The notes below the pieces were generated by a model. That model was not told the DNA's origin, made no database searches, and saw only the letters and a list, made by a program, of their open reading frames with translations. The position numbers and the translations under genes are program-made. A stretch of 32,000 bases of DNA from Desulfotalea psychrophila LSv54 (GTDB taxonomy: Bacteria; Desulfobacterota; Desulfobulbia; Desulfobulbales; Desulfocapsaceae): NCBI RefSeq assembly GCF_000025945.1, contig NC_006138.1, forward strand, positions 3,450,001 to 3,482,000, written 5' to 3'. This document shows, one piece after another, positions 20,454 through 30,092 of the stretch; the stretch's first letter is position 1; each line of letters begins with the position of its first letter.

Positions 20454-21266
20454 TCACACTATGTAAAAGACTGATGGTTTAGTTCCATAACTCGGCTTTC
20501 TCTGAATGGTTGGGTTCTCTTTGAGAACCTTTGAAACTTCAGAGTTTGGATCATTAAGGTCACCAAAGATCATTGCGCCGGATTCCTTAATTGCTTCAAG
20601 ACAAGCTGGTTCTTGACCAAGTGCCAAACGTTCCGCACAAAAAGTACACTTCTCCACAACACCACGCATACGGGTTGGAAATTCGTGATTGTACTCTTTA
20701 ATATGTGGGCGAGGATCTTCCCAGTTAAAGCTTCGAGCTCCATAGGGACATGCCACCATACAGAAACGACAACCAATACAACGATGGTAATCCATCTCTA
20801 CGATGCCATTATGTTCCTCGATAAAGGTAGCCTTGGTAGGACAAACACGCACACAGGGAGGATTCTCACAGTGATTACACATCACAGGGAACTCATTGTT
20901 CTTGAGAACGTCACTCATATGATTGCCTGAATGTTCTGGAAAGGCATTTTCAAAGGGTTCTGTATAAATCCACTTGACCTCTGTTCGAGGTCAGTCAATT
21001 TCAGGGATATTGTGTTCCCTGTTACAGTCCTCAATAGCGCGATCCATCAGCTCTGGTTTATCATACAGCTTGCGCATGTCAAAGACCATGCCATAGTGGA
21101 TGCCTTTGCTGTTCGCGCCATGTCCTGCTGCAACTGCTCCGTGTCCTGCCGGAACAGAAGACGCATGAGCAGTACTGGTACCAAGCTTTGTTAAAGCGGG
21201 AGCAGCAACACCGGCAAGGGCGGTAGCGCCTGCCATCTTCAAAAAATTTCTTCTTTTAATATCCAT
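20454..21266 (-). CDS. dsrO: DsrO, Tat-exported ferredoxin-like subunit, with one in-frame UGA at 20991-20993
   Basis: N-terminal part MDIKRRNFLKMAGATALAGVAAPALTKLG...NIPEID, TGA, then in the same frame PRTEVKWIYTEPFENAFPEHSGNH-MSDVLKNNEFPVMCNHCENPPCVRVCP...CIGCRFCMVACPYG...CTFCAERLALGQEPAC. About 270 codons including the UGA. Confidence 0.9.
20991..20993 (-). other. In-frame UGA inside dsrO, first codon of a perfect hairpin TGACCTC-GAACA-GAGGTCA (20975-20993)
   Basis: Manual reverse complement: GAA ATT GAC TGA CCT CGA ACA GAG GTC AAG TGG ATT. Confidence 0.93.
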
Positions 21267-21664
21267 TACTTAACCTCCTTCTTCTCAGCCATTACCGCAG
21301 GGCTCAAATGGCACTCCCAACAGTATGGTGTCACAGAAGCATAGGTGTGACATGTGTCACAAAACTGCTCTTTATCTGTGTGGCATTGCATGCAAGCTAA
21401 CTGTAATCCCTTACGGAATTTCTTGCCGCCAATGGTCACCTCTACTCGATCACCGTCACGAAGAACTTCATCACGCCACTGGTTAAGCAGTACCATATGC
21501 TTTGCTCGCATTTCAGCCGCAGGAAGCACACATTCAGTTTCACTAGTTGGAAGCTGAGGATTAGGCACATCACCTGTTCCCAACAGCCCATTAAACCAGA
21601 GCGGAAAGGTAACAAGTGCGATAAATATCGCCAGTCCTATAATTACTGATCCTTTATTGTACAT
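21266..21664 (-). CDS. dsrJ: DsrJ, triheme cytochrome c
   Basis: Three heme motifs, CMQCH, CDTCH and CWECH, after an N-terminal TM/signal anchor. Confidence 0.95.
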   Translation of the reverse strand: MYNKGSVIIGLAIFIALVTFPLWFNGLLGTGDVPNPQLPTSETECVLPAAEMRAKHMVLLNQWRDEVLRDGDRVEVTIGGKKFRKGLQLACMQCHTDKEQFCDTCHTYASVTPYCWECHLSPAVMAEKKEVK

Positions 21665-21693
21665 TACTAGAAACTCCTATATTCTGGGCTGGA

Positions 21694-23325
21694 TTAGAAA
21701 ACCATTGTACGGAGACCTTCTGTAAGATCCGCACGATTTTCGCCTTCCTGGATAATTGCGTTACCAACAAGCTCAGAGATACCACAGACATCAACACCTG
21801 GGTTCCAAAAATTGTTGAGAGACGTTAGGGTTGCGCGATCAATGGCACAAACACAGGCGAGCATATTAACATCATGCTTCTCTTTAACATGCTTAACAGC
21901 ATTTGCCCGAGGAAAACCGGCACGCATTCTCAGGTCCATGATCTCATCGGTATTCAAACCAGTTCCAGATCCACAGCAAAAGGTCTGCTCGCGGATGGTA
22001 TTCTCTGGCATCTCAACCCAATCAACAACATGATCAAGAATATAACGAGGTTCATCAATAAGCCCCATGGCTCGAGCAGGGTTGCAAGAATCATGAAAGG
22101 TAGCCTTAACGTGACTGTTACGACTCTTATCAAGCTTAAGTTTACCGTGCTTAATAAGATCAGCAGTAAACTCACTGATATGAACCATCTTGGTGGATGC
22201 TGCATTCTCGAAATAGGTTCCGGTAATCGGAGAAATTGGTTTCTCGAGAAAATCAGCAGGACCGTTCATGGTATCCATATACTGATGCGCGACACGCCAC
22301 ATATGTCCACACTCACCACCGATGATAAATTTAACACCAAGGCCGTCTGCCTCGGCATACATCTTAGCATTCAGTTTCTTCATGGTCTCATTATTGGTAA
22401 AAAGACCGAAGTTTCCACCCTCGGATGCGTAGGTTGACCAGGTATAGTCAAGTCCAATTGCATCGAACAGTTTCATATAACCCATAGCGGTATAGAGACC
22501 TGGTTCTGCAAATACATCAGCCGATGGGGTGATGAAGAGAATCTCCGCACCTTTACGGTTAAAACTAATATTTGGTTTGATACCAGTAAGGCTCTCAACA
22601 TCTTCTTGAAGGAATTCAACATTATCCTTGAAGGTGTGAGGTTGAAGTCCCATATGGTTACCGGTACGATTGGAGTTAGAGACAGGCTCTAAGATCCAAT
22701 TGATACCAACACCGACAAGGTGAAGTAACTCACGGAACATGATGGTGATTTCCGCAGTATCAATACCGTATGGGCAGAAGACAGAACATCTGCGACACTC
22801 GGTACACTGATAAGAGTACATAAACCACTCTTTAAGTACGTCAGTGGTCATTTCACGGGCACCAGCCATCTTGCCAAGAATTTTACCGGCAAGGGTAAAC
22901 TCTTTACGATAAACAGAACGAAGAAGCTCTGCTCGAAGCACTGGCATATTCTTAGGATCACCGGTACCAAGAAAGAAGTGGCACTTATCGGCACAGGCAC
23001 CGCAACGAACACAGCAATCCATAAAGATCTTGAGAGAACGAAACTTACCCAAACGCTCAGCCAGGCCATTAATGATAATCTCTTTCCAATCCTCGGGAAG
23101 CTTCCAATCTTCATCTTCAGGAGACCAGACACGGGCATTAGGAAAGGAGAGACCTTCTTGACTGTTCAGGTACTCTACCTTCTCTTTTTTAGCAGGATAG
23201 GCATAATTACCCGGTTTAAACTCAACGGGAGTATCCATCCAGCCCATGGCGGGAACTGCACCAGTGGACATGGAAGGTCCTTCCACGATGCTTTTTGATA
23301 ATTGTTCTAATTTTGAAACTGACAT
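21694..23325 (-). CDS. dsrK: DsrK, HdrD-like Fe-S protein with CCG domains
   Basis: CCVRCGACADKCHFFLGTGDPKN, CTECRRCSVFCPYGID, CHDSCNPARA-like and FCCGSGTGLNTDE motifs. Confidence 0.96.
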   Translation of the reverse strand: MSVSKLEQLSKSIVEGPSMSTGAVPAMGWMDTPVEFKPGNYAYPAKKEKVEYLNSQEGLSFPNARVWSPEDEDWKLPEDWKEIIINGLAERLGKFRSLKIFMDCCVRCGACADKCHFFLGTGDPKNMPVLRAELLRSVYRKEFTLAGKILGKMAGAREMTTDVLKEWFMYSYQCTECRRCSVFCPYGIDTAEITIMFRELLHLVGVGINWILEPVSNSNRTGNHMGLQPHTFKDNVEFLQEDVESLTGIKPNISFNRKGAEILFITPSADVFAEPGLYTAMGYMKLFDAIGLDYTWSTYASEGGNFGLFTNNETMKKLNAKMYAEADGLGVKFIIGGECGHMWRVAHQYMDTMNGPADFLEKPISPITGTYFENAASTKMVHISEFTADLIKHGKLKLDKSRNSHVKATFHDSCNPARAMGLIDEPRYILDHVVDWVEMPENTIREQTFCCGSGTGLNTDEIMDLRMRAGFPRANAVKHVKEKHDVNMLACVCAIDRATLTSLNNFWNPGVDVCGISELVGNAIIQEGENRADLTEGLRTMVF

Positions 23326-23357
23326 TTCTATATCATCCTTATAAGCTAGTTAATAGT

Positions 23358-24371
23358 CTATGCTTCTTTAGAAGCAGGGAGTTCCTTATCCACAGGAAGA
23401 CCAGCTTCAACCATAAACTCACGGAATTCATCTTCATAACCTGCATAAGAATGAGGTTTAATCTCAGGATTCCATGGATTGATATGACGTACAGCACGAG
23501 AGGCATTGGTCATATTACGGGTTGGGCTCATAAAAACACCACCACTATGCATCAACTTACTATATGGAAAGCAGGCCAAAAGCACAGACACCAACAAAAT
23601 ATGTATACAAAAAATACCTGGCAAAGTACCACCAACAACAGGCGAGAAGGTTGCCAAACCAATCAGCATTTCCTTAGTGGTGATAATATCCACATGCAGG
23701 AAATATCTCATCAATATACCAGTTACTGCAATCCCGAAGATAAGCACCAGTGGGAAATAATCATTCATCAAAGAGATATATCGTACCTGACGATTCCACA
23801 GACGACGACCAAAAAGAAGAATACAGGCAAATGGGAGTCCAACACTGGTCATATACCAGCGAGGTGCACCTATCTGCATGATACCATCAAAATACTCTAC
23901 CCAGGCGATTGCGGCAGGGACAGGATCAAGAAACAATCGCAAATGTCGAACCACAATAAGAAGAAAACAGTAGTGAAAAATCAGAGCAAACAACCAGAGC
24001 CACTTGGAAGATTCATGAGTAAGCTTAGGCCCATCATGAAGTTCTGCCTTGGTATTACGGAATAGAGATCGGAAGAACACTACTTCCAAAAACATTCTTG
24101 CCATTACCTGCAATTTAGTCTGTGGAGCTTCAAGTTTGTTATGCTTAATAAAATCAAGCGATTTTCCCTGACCACAGGTCGTTTGGATAGAGAACGGAAC
24201 TGGAGATTTCGCCCAATTCACCACTTTATAAACAAACCCGAATAGGAAAATCGCAACGGCCAAATACGGAATGGCGACCCCAAATAAGTATTGCGTTCCC
24301 GGTATCATGGATCCGAGCCCAGCAATCAGAGCCAATGCAGTGACTACCAGGAATGAGAAGGCGTACTTCAT
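23358..24371 (-). CDS. dsrM: DsrM, NarI-like cytochrome b subunit
   Basis: Polytopic; FALIFHYCFLLIVVRHLRLFLDPVP and FCIHILLVSVLLACFPYSKLMHSGGVFMSPTRNMTN. Confidence 0.95.
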   Translation of the reverse strand: MKYAFSFLVVTALALIAGLGSMIPGTQYLFGVAIPYLAVAIFLFGFVYKVVNWAKSPVPFSIQTTCGQGKSLDFIKHNKLEAPQTKLQVMARMFLEVVFFRSLFRNTKAELHDGPKLTHESSKWLWLFALIFHYCFLLIVVRHLRLFLDPVPAAIAWVEYFDGIMQIGAPRWYMTSVGLPFACILLFGRRLWNRQVRYISLMNDYFPLVLIFGIAVTGILMRYFLHVDIITTKEMLIGLATFSPVVGGTLPGIFCIHILLVSVLLACFPYSKLMHSGGVFMSPTRNMTNASRAVRHINPWNPEIKPHSYAGYEDEFREFMVEAGLPVDKELPASKEA

Positions 24372-24463
24372 TTCTTACCTCGCTTCAATTGAACTGTTAT
24401 TTTGGAATCCAACAAATAAGGCACTTACCAAATTGTCAAAGACCAGTTAAAAACTCGTTATTT

Positions 24464-24994
24464 TTAAGAAATAACTTCCTTCTCATCATTTTTCAGCATA
24501 CGCGAAGGGCACCTGCTGTCTGTTAAAATATGAGATCCAGATTTTATTTCATCTATTCTAACCTGATACAAACGCTCTCTAAAACGCATATAAACATCGA
24601 AACCTGCCAGAAGAGCAAGATCAACACTAAAGTCAAAATCATAGAGCTCTTGGATAAGATGGGCACGTTCTTTATCCTTTTTAAACACCTCACGGACAAT
24701 ATGCTTTAAAGCATTGAGGGGGGCCAGCGCCTGAGAAGGGGTAAATTGCTGAACAGAACGTATGCTGATAAATTGCTCCAGGGGGGCGACTATTTTTTCT
24801 GAGTCTTCTCCATTGGATATGAGGTCAAAGAGCTCTGCAAAGGCCTCTCTGAAATTACCACCGATAGGATTGGCAAATTTATTCTGCTCGATTTTAAAAA
24901 AACGTGATGAAGAATATGTCGACAGGGCATAATCCACCCACTGACTAACAATCTTGTCTTTATGATTCCTAAAACCTTCTGCGAGATCAATCAC
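24464..24994 (-). CDS. RsbRD N-terminal-domain protein preceding dsrM
   Basis: MIDLAEGFRNHKDKIVSQWVDYALSTYSSSRFF...NPIGGNFREAFAELFDLIS; this type of gene is commonly found upstream of dsrMKJOP in sulfate reducers. Confidence 0.8.
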   Translation of the reverse strand: MIDLAEGFRNHKDKIVSQWVDYALSTYSSSRFFKIEQNKFANPIGGNFREAFAELFDLISNGEDSEKIVAPLEQFISIRSVQQFTPSQALAPLNALKHIVREVFKKDKERAHLIQELYDFDFSVDLALLAGFDVYMRFRERLYQVRIDEIKSGSHILTDSRCPSRMLKNDEKEVIS

Positions 24995-25168
24995 ACCTTC
25001 ACCTCAATAAAATAATAAAGCATTACAACTAATTAAGTTTTGATTTCAACATTGAAACCAAAACGTGCCATGCGGGTGATTTTTTAGCATTTTTTGACGT
25101 TGTTTTCAACATTTTTTATTTGACAAATGAAAAAACGTCCCTATTAGCCAACGCTAACATACATCTTA

Positions 25169-27301
25169 TCAGCTCACCTGCCTGCCAATATCCGCAATAA
25201 CCCTTCCTGCTTCCTGCACCCATGGGTCACGACTCACCCCCTGGCGCCAGTGACTCTCTTTTTCTGCCTCTGTTTCAGAAATCGTCGACTTAGGCTCCTC
25301 TTCCAAGAGACCCACCTCAGCGCCAAGACGCTTACGGGCCGCCTTGGCCATTCTTCGATCCCCCCGCATTCGCTCAATATCCAGATAAATATAGGTATCC
25401 AGACTACGCTCTTCAGCCTTTGCCACCTCGTCCCGAATAATATCAAACTCCTTATTCTTCTTAACCCGGACAAGACTGTTTTTTCGTATCTTCTCTATAT
25501 CGGGGGAAAGGCTAAAGGTTGTATAGTCAATAGCCTCAATGCTATCCCAGGGCAGGGAGTAATCAAGATACCTCTCCCCGGATTTCAAATGCTCATAGAT
25601 ACTTGGCAGGACGATATCAGGCTCAACACCCTTATACTGAGTGGATCCACCGTTTACCCGATAAAACTTTTGAATCATAATTTTCAGGGCGCCAAGATCT
25701 TCGTAATTTGCCATGGACAACCAGGGTACATACTCATTAAGATCAAGAACAGTCTGCACCGACCCCTTACCATGGGTATGGGCCCCGCCCATAATAACGG
25801 CACGGTGATAATCCTGCAGGGCCGCAGCCACAATTTCTGAGGCCGAGGCGGAAAACTTGTTCACCAAAATCACCAAAGGACCAGCGTAAACAATACCCTC
25901 ATCCTGATCAAAAAGAATGCGCTTATCCCCCATGCTGGTCCGCACCTGAACCATGGGACCTTCTTTAACAAAAAGCCCAGCTATATCAATGGCATCAACA
26001 AGTGCTCCGCCACCATTATTACGCAAATCAAGAACAATACCATCAACCCCCAAGGCCTTTAACTTAAGCACCTCGACCCTGGTATCATCGGTTGAATTGC
26101 GCCCCTTCTCACCCTTCTTACTCTTTTCAAAATCACGGTAAAAACTTGGGATATTAATATAACCAATCCGCGCCCCATCATCCCCCTTCACCACCAGGCT
26201 TTTGACAAAGGTGTCTTCCATCTGCACAACATCACGAATAATAGGAACAACAGATTTCAGCCCACCATTTTTTCTTACGGTGAGACGAACCTCCGTGCCC
26301 TTAGCACCCCTGATCAAACGTACAGCATCACGCAGGCGCATATCACTCACATCCACGGGCTCTTCGTCACCCTGCCCTACACTCAAGATAGCATCTTCTA
26401 TCTCAAGCCCACCCTGCCTGGCAGAGGCACTCCCGGGGATGACCCGGACCACCTTGATCATACCGTCTTCTTCTTTTAACAGGGCACCGATACCTTCAAG
26501 GCTGCCTCGCATATTAATATCAAACTGTTCTTTGGACGCTGGAGGAATATAATTTGTATGGGGACCAAAGGCACGTGCTACAGAGTTAAAAAAACGATCG
26601 GTGTGATCCTGCAGTGTCTCTTGAGTCAACCTATGCAGAAAGGTCTTGTTTTGCTTGGCAACCTTCTCTGTTGCCTCAGCCCACATCTTCTTGAAATTGG
26701 AGCTAACAGACTTTCTCGTCCCCTCTCCAGATTTTTTCCCTGCAAGATCTGCCCCCTTTGCCGCCTGCGCCTCTTCTTCAAGATCCAGATAACGAGACAT
26801 AACCTGAGCCTTAAGAATCTTACGCCAGCGATCCTCTAATTCTGCCAGTGATTTTGCATAGGAAAGCTTTTTAGGATCACTCTGGTACACCTCGCCAGGA
26901 GTATGGCCAATCTCGGCGGCAACCATTTTGGTAACCATCTGCTGCACCTGAGCGACACGTTTTAGAAGTATCTCAGAACCAAGACTTGGTAAAACAACCT
27001 GCCCGGAACGCATATTATCATCAATGGAATCTGCGTGACTATGCAGAACGTCAACATCCTCCTGGAGAAGAAATCGTTTTTGATAATCAAGCTGTTTCAG
27101 GTAAAGACTAAAGGCAGCCTCTCCCAAGCTATCATTGAGTTCTTTATCGCTATAATGAAGTGTCGGCAACTGCTTGCTCAGCATATGACCAATAAGGCTA
27201 TCCCTCTCCTGCTCTTCTGCCGTCAAAGAATCTGCATGAAGAACAGGGCTGAGAAAAAGCAGCACAAGGACTGAGAAAAAAAACGATTTCATTAATTTCA
27301 T
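25169..27301 (-). CDS. Carboxy-terminal processing protease (Tsp/Prc, S41)
   Basis: PDZ region IGALLKEEDGMIKVVRVIPGSASARQGGLEIEDAILSVG; catalytic region VDALGVDGIVLDLRNNGGGALVDAIDIAGLF... and NKFSASASEIVAAALQDYHRAVIMGGAHTHGKGSVQ. Start 27301 matches the signal peptide MKLMKSFFFSVLVLLFLSPVLHA. Confidence 0.94.
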   Translation of the reverse strand: MKLMKSFFFSVLVLLFLSPVLHADSLTAEEQERDSLIGHMLSKQLPTLHYSDKELNDSLGEAAFSLYLKQLDYQKRFLLQEDVDVLHSHADSIDDNMRSGQVVLPSLGSEILLKRVAQVQQMVTKMVAAEIGHTPGEVYQSDPKKLSYAKSLAELEDRWRKILKAQVMSRYLDLEEEAQAAKGADLAGKKSGEGTRKSVSSNFKKMWAEATEKVAKQNKTFLHRLTQETLQDHTDRFFNSVARAFGPHTNYIPPASKEQFDINMRGSLEGIGALLKEEDGMIKVVRVIPGSASARQGGLEIEDAILSVGQGDEEPVDVSDMRLRDAVRLIRGAKGTEVRLTVRKNGGLKSVVPIIRDVVQMEDTFVKSLVVKGDDGARIGYINIPSFYRDFEKSKKGEKGRNSTDDTRVEVLKLKALGVDGIVLDLRNNGGGALVDAIDIAGLFVKEGPMVQVRTSMGDKRILFDQDEGIVYAGPLVILVNKFSASASEIVAAALQDYHRAVIMGGAHTHGKGSVQTVLDLNEYVPWLSMANYEDLGALKIMIQKFYRVNGGSTQYKGVEPDIVLPSIYEHLKSGERYLDYSLPWDSIEAIDYTTFSLSPDIEKIRKNSLVRVKKNKEFDIIRDEVAKAEERSLDTYIYLDIERMRGDRRMAKAARKRLGAEVGLLEEEPKSTISETEAEKESHWRQGVSRDPWVQEAGRVIADIGRQVS

Positions 27302-27427
27302 AAAAAACCTAAGAAAATAAAAGACAAAAACACAGAGAGTTAGCCGCAAACAATCTCTACAGATTACGTTACCACCTGCCAAAAAGTCCAGATAATACTG
27401 CTTTTAGCCATAGAAAAAGGCATGCAT

Positions 27428-27931
27428 CTACAGAAAGAGAATCGATATATCAGTTATTTGCGCTGAAGATAAGGGGCTATTGGGAAAAAATTGCTCATAA
27501 AACTCTAAAAAATTATTCCAGCTACAGTCAATAGAGGAGGAGCGATAATCCCCCCGAACAATTCTCAGTTCTTCTTCAAGAAAAACAATCAATTGCCTAT
27601 GTACCTGCTCACGCAAACCGACTTCTAAAGACTGCCGTTGGCAAAATTTAAGGTAACGCTGATAGTTTGCCATACAACGGCTTAGACCACGATAAGCCGA
27701 GGTACCAATATTTTCCGACAAAATATCCCGTAAAATAATTTCCCTAAATCGGCTAAGGGCGGCATCCTGCAAGCCCTTTAGCTGAACTTCAGTCAGCTCC
27801 AGCTGAGGACCGATTTTATCCCTTGTCAGAAAATAGAGCGCTGAATGCAATGCTATTTCCGGTATTTCTCCAGAGTGGCGGACAACATACCACTCATTTT
27901 CATAAAGCTCTGCAATACTCTGTTCCATCAC
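27428..27931 (-). CDS. Small conserved-looking protein of unknown function, apparently co-transcribed with hemA
   Basis: Complete 167-aa ORF that begins 2 bp past the hemA stop; no recognised domain. Confidence 0.7.
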   Translation of the reverse strand: MMEQSIAELYENEWYVVRHSGEIPEIALHSALYFLTRDKIGPQLELTEVQLKGLQDAALSRFREIILRDILSENIGTSAYRGLSRCMANYQRYLKFCQRQSLEVGLREQVHRQLIVFLEEELRIVRGDYRSSSIDCSWNNFLEFYEQFFPNSPLSSAQITDISILFL

Positions 27932-27933
27932 GA

Positions 27934-29214
27934 CTAGATATCCCCTTTAAGCGAAAACACTGAACGCAGGGTATCAACCTTGGCCTGACTTTTATCGCGT
28001 CCATGACAAGAGTCGCTCTTCAGATAATGGAGGGGATCATGAAGAAATTTGGAGCTTATACTGGCTACCATTTTCTCTATACTCCTCTGATCATGCTCCC
28101 CCAGGTCATGAAGCCTTGGCAGGGTCTTCCTCAGCTCCTGCTCTATGATCCCGGACATTTTTTCACGGAGGGCCAAAACCGTTGGTTTAACGGCAAGCCC
28201 CTGGTACCATTCATCAAACTTACGGGTCTCTTCCTCAACAATACAGCCCGCCTTTATCGCCTCATGATCACGACCGGACTTATTTACCTCAACCACATTA
28301 CTCAGATCGTCAATATCATAGAGATAGACATTTTCCAACTCATTGAGTTCAGGATCCAAATCACGGGGAACGGCAATATCAATGAAAAAGAGGGGCCGAT
28401 TACGGCGGACACGCATAATAGGGCGAACTTCAGCGCTCTCTATAATGATATGCTGGGCACCCGTCGAACTGATGATAATATCGACATCCTCAAGCTGAGC
28501 GTAGAGCTCCTCCATACAGATAGCCGTCCCGCCAAATTTGTCAGCAAGTTCAACGGCTCGGGTAAGGGTTCTATTGGCAACAACAACTGAAGAAACGCCC
28601 TGCCCCACCAAATGCTCTGCGGCAAGCTCGGCCATCTCCCCTGCCCCCACCAGCATTACCTTTTTAGTATCGAGGTTACCAAAGATCTTGCGGGCAAGTT
28701 GAACGGCGGCATAGCTAATAGAAACCGCAGAGGCACCAATAGCCGTTTCTGTACGCACCCGTTTAGCCACAGAAAATGATTTATGCAGGAGACGATTGAG
28801 CAGTGGACCTGTACAGCCGAGTGCAGATGCATGGCGATAGGCCGTCTTCAACTGCCCCAGAATCTGTGCTTCGCCAACCACCATGGAGTCAAGACTTGCG
28901 GCAACTGTGAAGAGATGCTGGACGGCAGGGAGTCCCTTTAAGGCATAGAGATAATCACGACAATCTTCCTCGGGCACCTTGCCTGCAAAGAGAAAACGAC
29001 TCACCTCGGCTTCGATATCCCTTGTACTATCTGCGTAGACAAGAATTTCGACCCTGTTACAGGTTGAGAGCAGATAGGACTCATCGCACCCCACCTCCTC
29101 TTGCAATCGTGTCAGGGCCGTTTCATAGCCATCTGTAAAGGCAATTTTTTCACGCACCGCAACCGGTGTTGTCTTATGGTTAACACCAAAAAGAAATACC
29201 TGTTTTTCAAACAT
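27934..29214 (-). CDS. hemA: Glutamyl-tRNA reductase
   Basis: GVNHKTTPVAVREKIAF, LLSTCNRVEILVYA, SMVVGEAQILGQLKTAY, VMLVGAGEMAELAAEHL. Confidence 0.98.
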   Translation of the reverse strand: MFEKQVFLFGVNHKTTPVAVREKIAFTDGYETALTRLQEEVGCDESYLLSTCNRVEILVYADSTRDIEAEVSRFLFAGKVPEEDCRDYLYALKGLPAVQHLFTVAASLDSMVVGEAQILGQLKTAYRHASALGCTGPLLNRLLHKSFSVAKRVRTETAIGASAVSISYAAVQLARKIFGNLDTKKVMLVGAGEMAELAAEHLVGQGVSSVVVANRTLTRAVELADKFGGTAICMEELYAQLEDVDIIISSTGAQHIIIESAEVRPIMRVRRNRPLFFIDIAVPRDLDPELNELENVYLYDIDDLSNVVEVNKSGRDHEAIKAGCIVEEETRKFDEWYQGLAVKPTVLALREKMSGIIEQELRKTLPRLHDLGEHDQRSIEKMVASISSKFLHDPLHYLKSDSCHGRDKSQAKVDTLRSVFSLKGDI

Positions 29215-30028
29215 TACCGTGTACGCCTCCAGAGAAATACGCTAGTCCCCAGAGGGTAAACATCGCAAGAATAAAACCAATAATAGCCATTGTTGCCGCT
29301 CGTTTTCCACGCCAACCCACGGTCAGCCGTTGATGCATTTGTACAAGATAAAAAAGCCACGGTATAACAGTCCAATCGCATTGCCAGAAGCCATGAACAA
29401 TTCGAGCCCAAAGCACACCGGCAACAATGCCAAGAGTTAAAAATGAAAAACCCACCGTCAAACAATGATTATTGAGCATATCAAGGGAATCAAGGGAGGG
29501 CAGGCGAGAAAAAAAATAGCCGAAACGTTTCTTCTTAAGCTCACGTTCCTGAAGAAGATACATCACCCCGGCCAAAAAGGCTATCCCCAGAAAGCCATAG
29601 GCAAGGAGAGAGACACCGGCATGAAAGGGCAACCAAAGGGTCTGCTCTGTCGGACTAAGGGGAATAATATTTTTTGGTAAAAATGATGCCACCACAAGGA
29701 TCAAAAAAACCAGTAGAGATAAAAACGTACCGAGATTTTTCACACTATGTCGCCAGCGAAAGAGCAAAAATGACCAGGTCACAGCCCAGGCAAAGAAGAC
29801 CAGGGCCTCGTGCGTCGTTGTCACGGGTATATTACCCAGAAACAGGGCTCGATCCAAGATATAGAGGGTTTGAGCGACACCTGAAAAAACAAGAATAACA
29901 CGACCAGACGAGCGCAGAACCTCTTTGAGCGAAACAAAGAAGGCAATATAACTTAGACAAGACATAAAGGAGAGCACCAGGGCCAACCCAAAAAAAATAT
30001 CTTTTACATCACTTATGGTTATCATCAT
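29207..30028 (-). CDS. CcsA/ResC/HemX-like cytochrome c assembly membrane protein
   Basis: Polytopic; WLPFHAGVSLLAYGFLGIAFLAGVMYLLQERELK and WTVIPWLFYLVQMHQRLTVGWRGKRAATMAI; overlaps hemA by 8 nt. Confidence 0.85.
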   Translation of the reverse strand: MMITISDVKDIFFGLALVLSFMSCLSYIAFFVSLKEVLRSSGRVILVFSGVAQTLYILDRALFLGNIPVTTTHEALVFFAWAVTWSFLLFRWRHSVKNLGTFLSLLVFLILVVASFLPKNIIPLSPTEQTLWLPFHAGVSLLAYGFLGIAFLAGVMYLLQERELKKKRFGYFFSRLPSLDSLDMLNNHCLTVGFSFLTLGIVAGVLWARIVHGFWQCDWTVIPWLFYLVQMHQRLTVGWRGKRAATMAIIGFILAMFTLWGLAYFSGGVHGNV

Positions 30029-30092
30029 GATATGAGCCTGTTGGCTTTATTTATTCAGAATAAAAAACGGACAGAGGTCAAATCTTGCCAGC

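Noticed and set aside
20454-20918. Treating the 154-aa ORF as an independent ferredoxin gene
   Set aside because: It is in frame with the upstream Tat-signal ORF across a single UGA, and the 24 intervening codons read as DsrO-like sequence (EVKWIYTEPFENAFPE).
20975-20993. Calling the dsrO hairpin a canonical bSECIS element and X = selenocysteine outright
   Set aside because: The UGA-to-loop distance is too short for the known bacterial SECIS rule, and I cannot confirm a conserved Cys at this position. Left as an open hypothesis.
23295-24065. 256-aa plus-strand ORF opposite dsrM
   Set aside because: Antisense shadow of dsrM with no recognisable motifs; likewise 21874-22437 opposite dsrK and 20090-20482 opposite dsrP.
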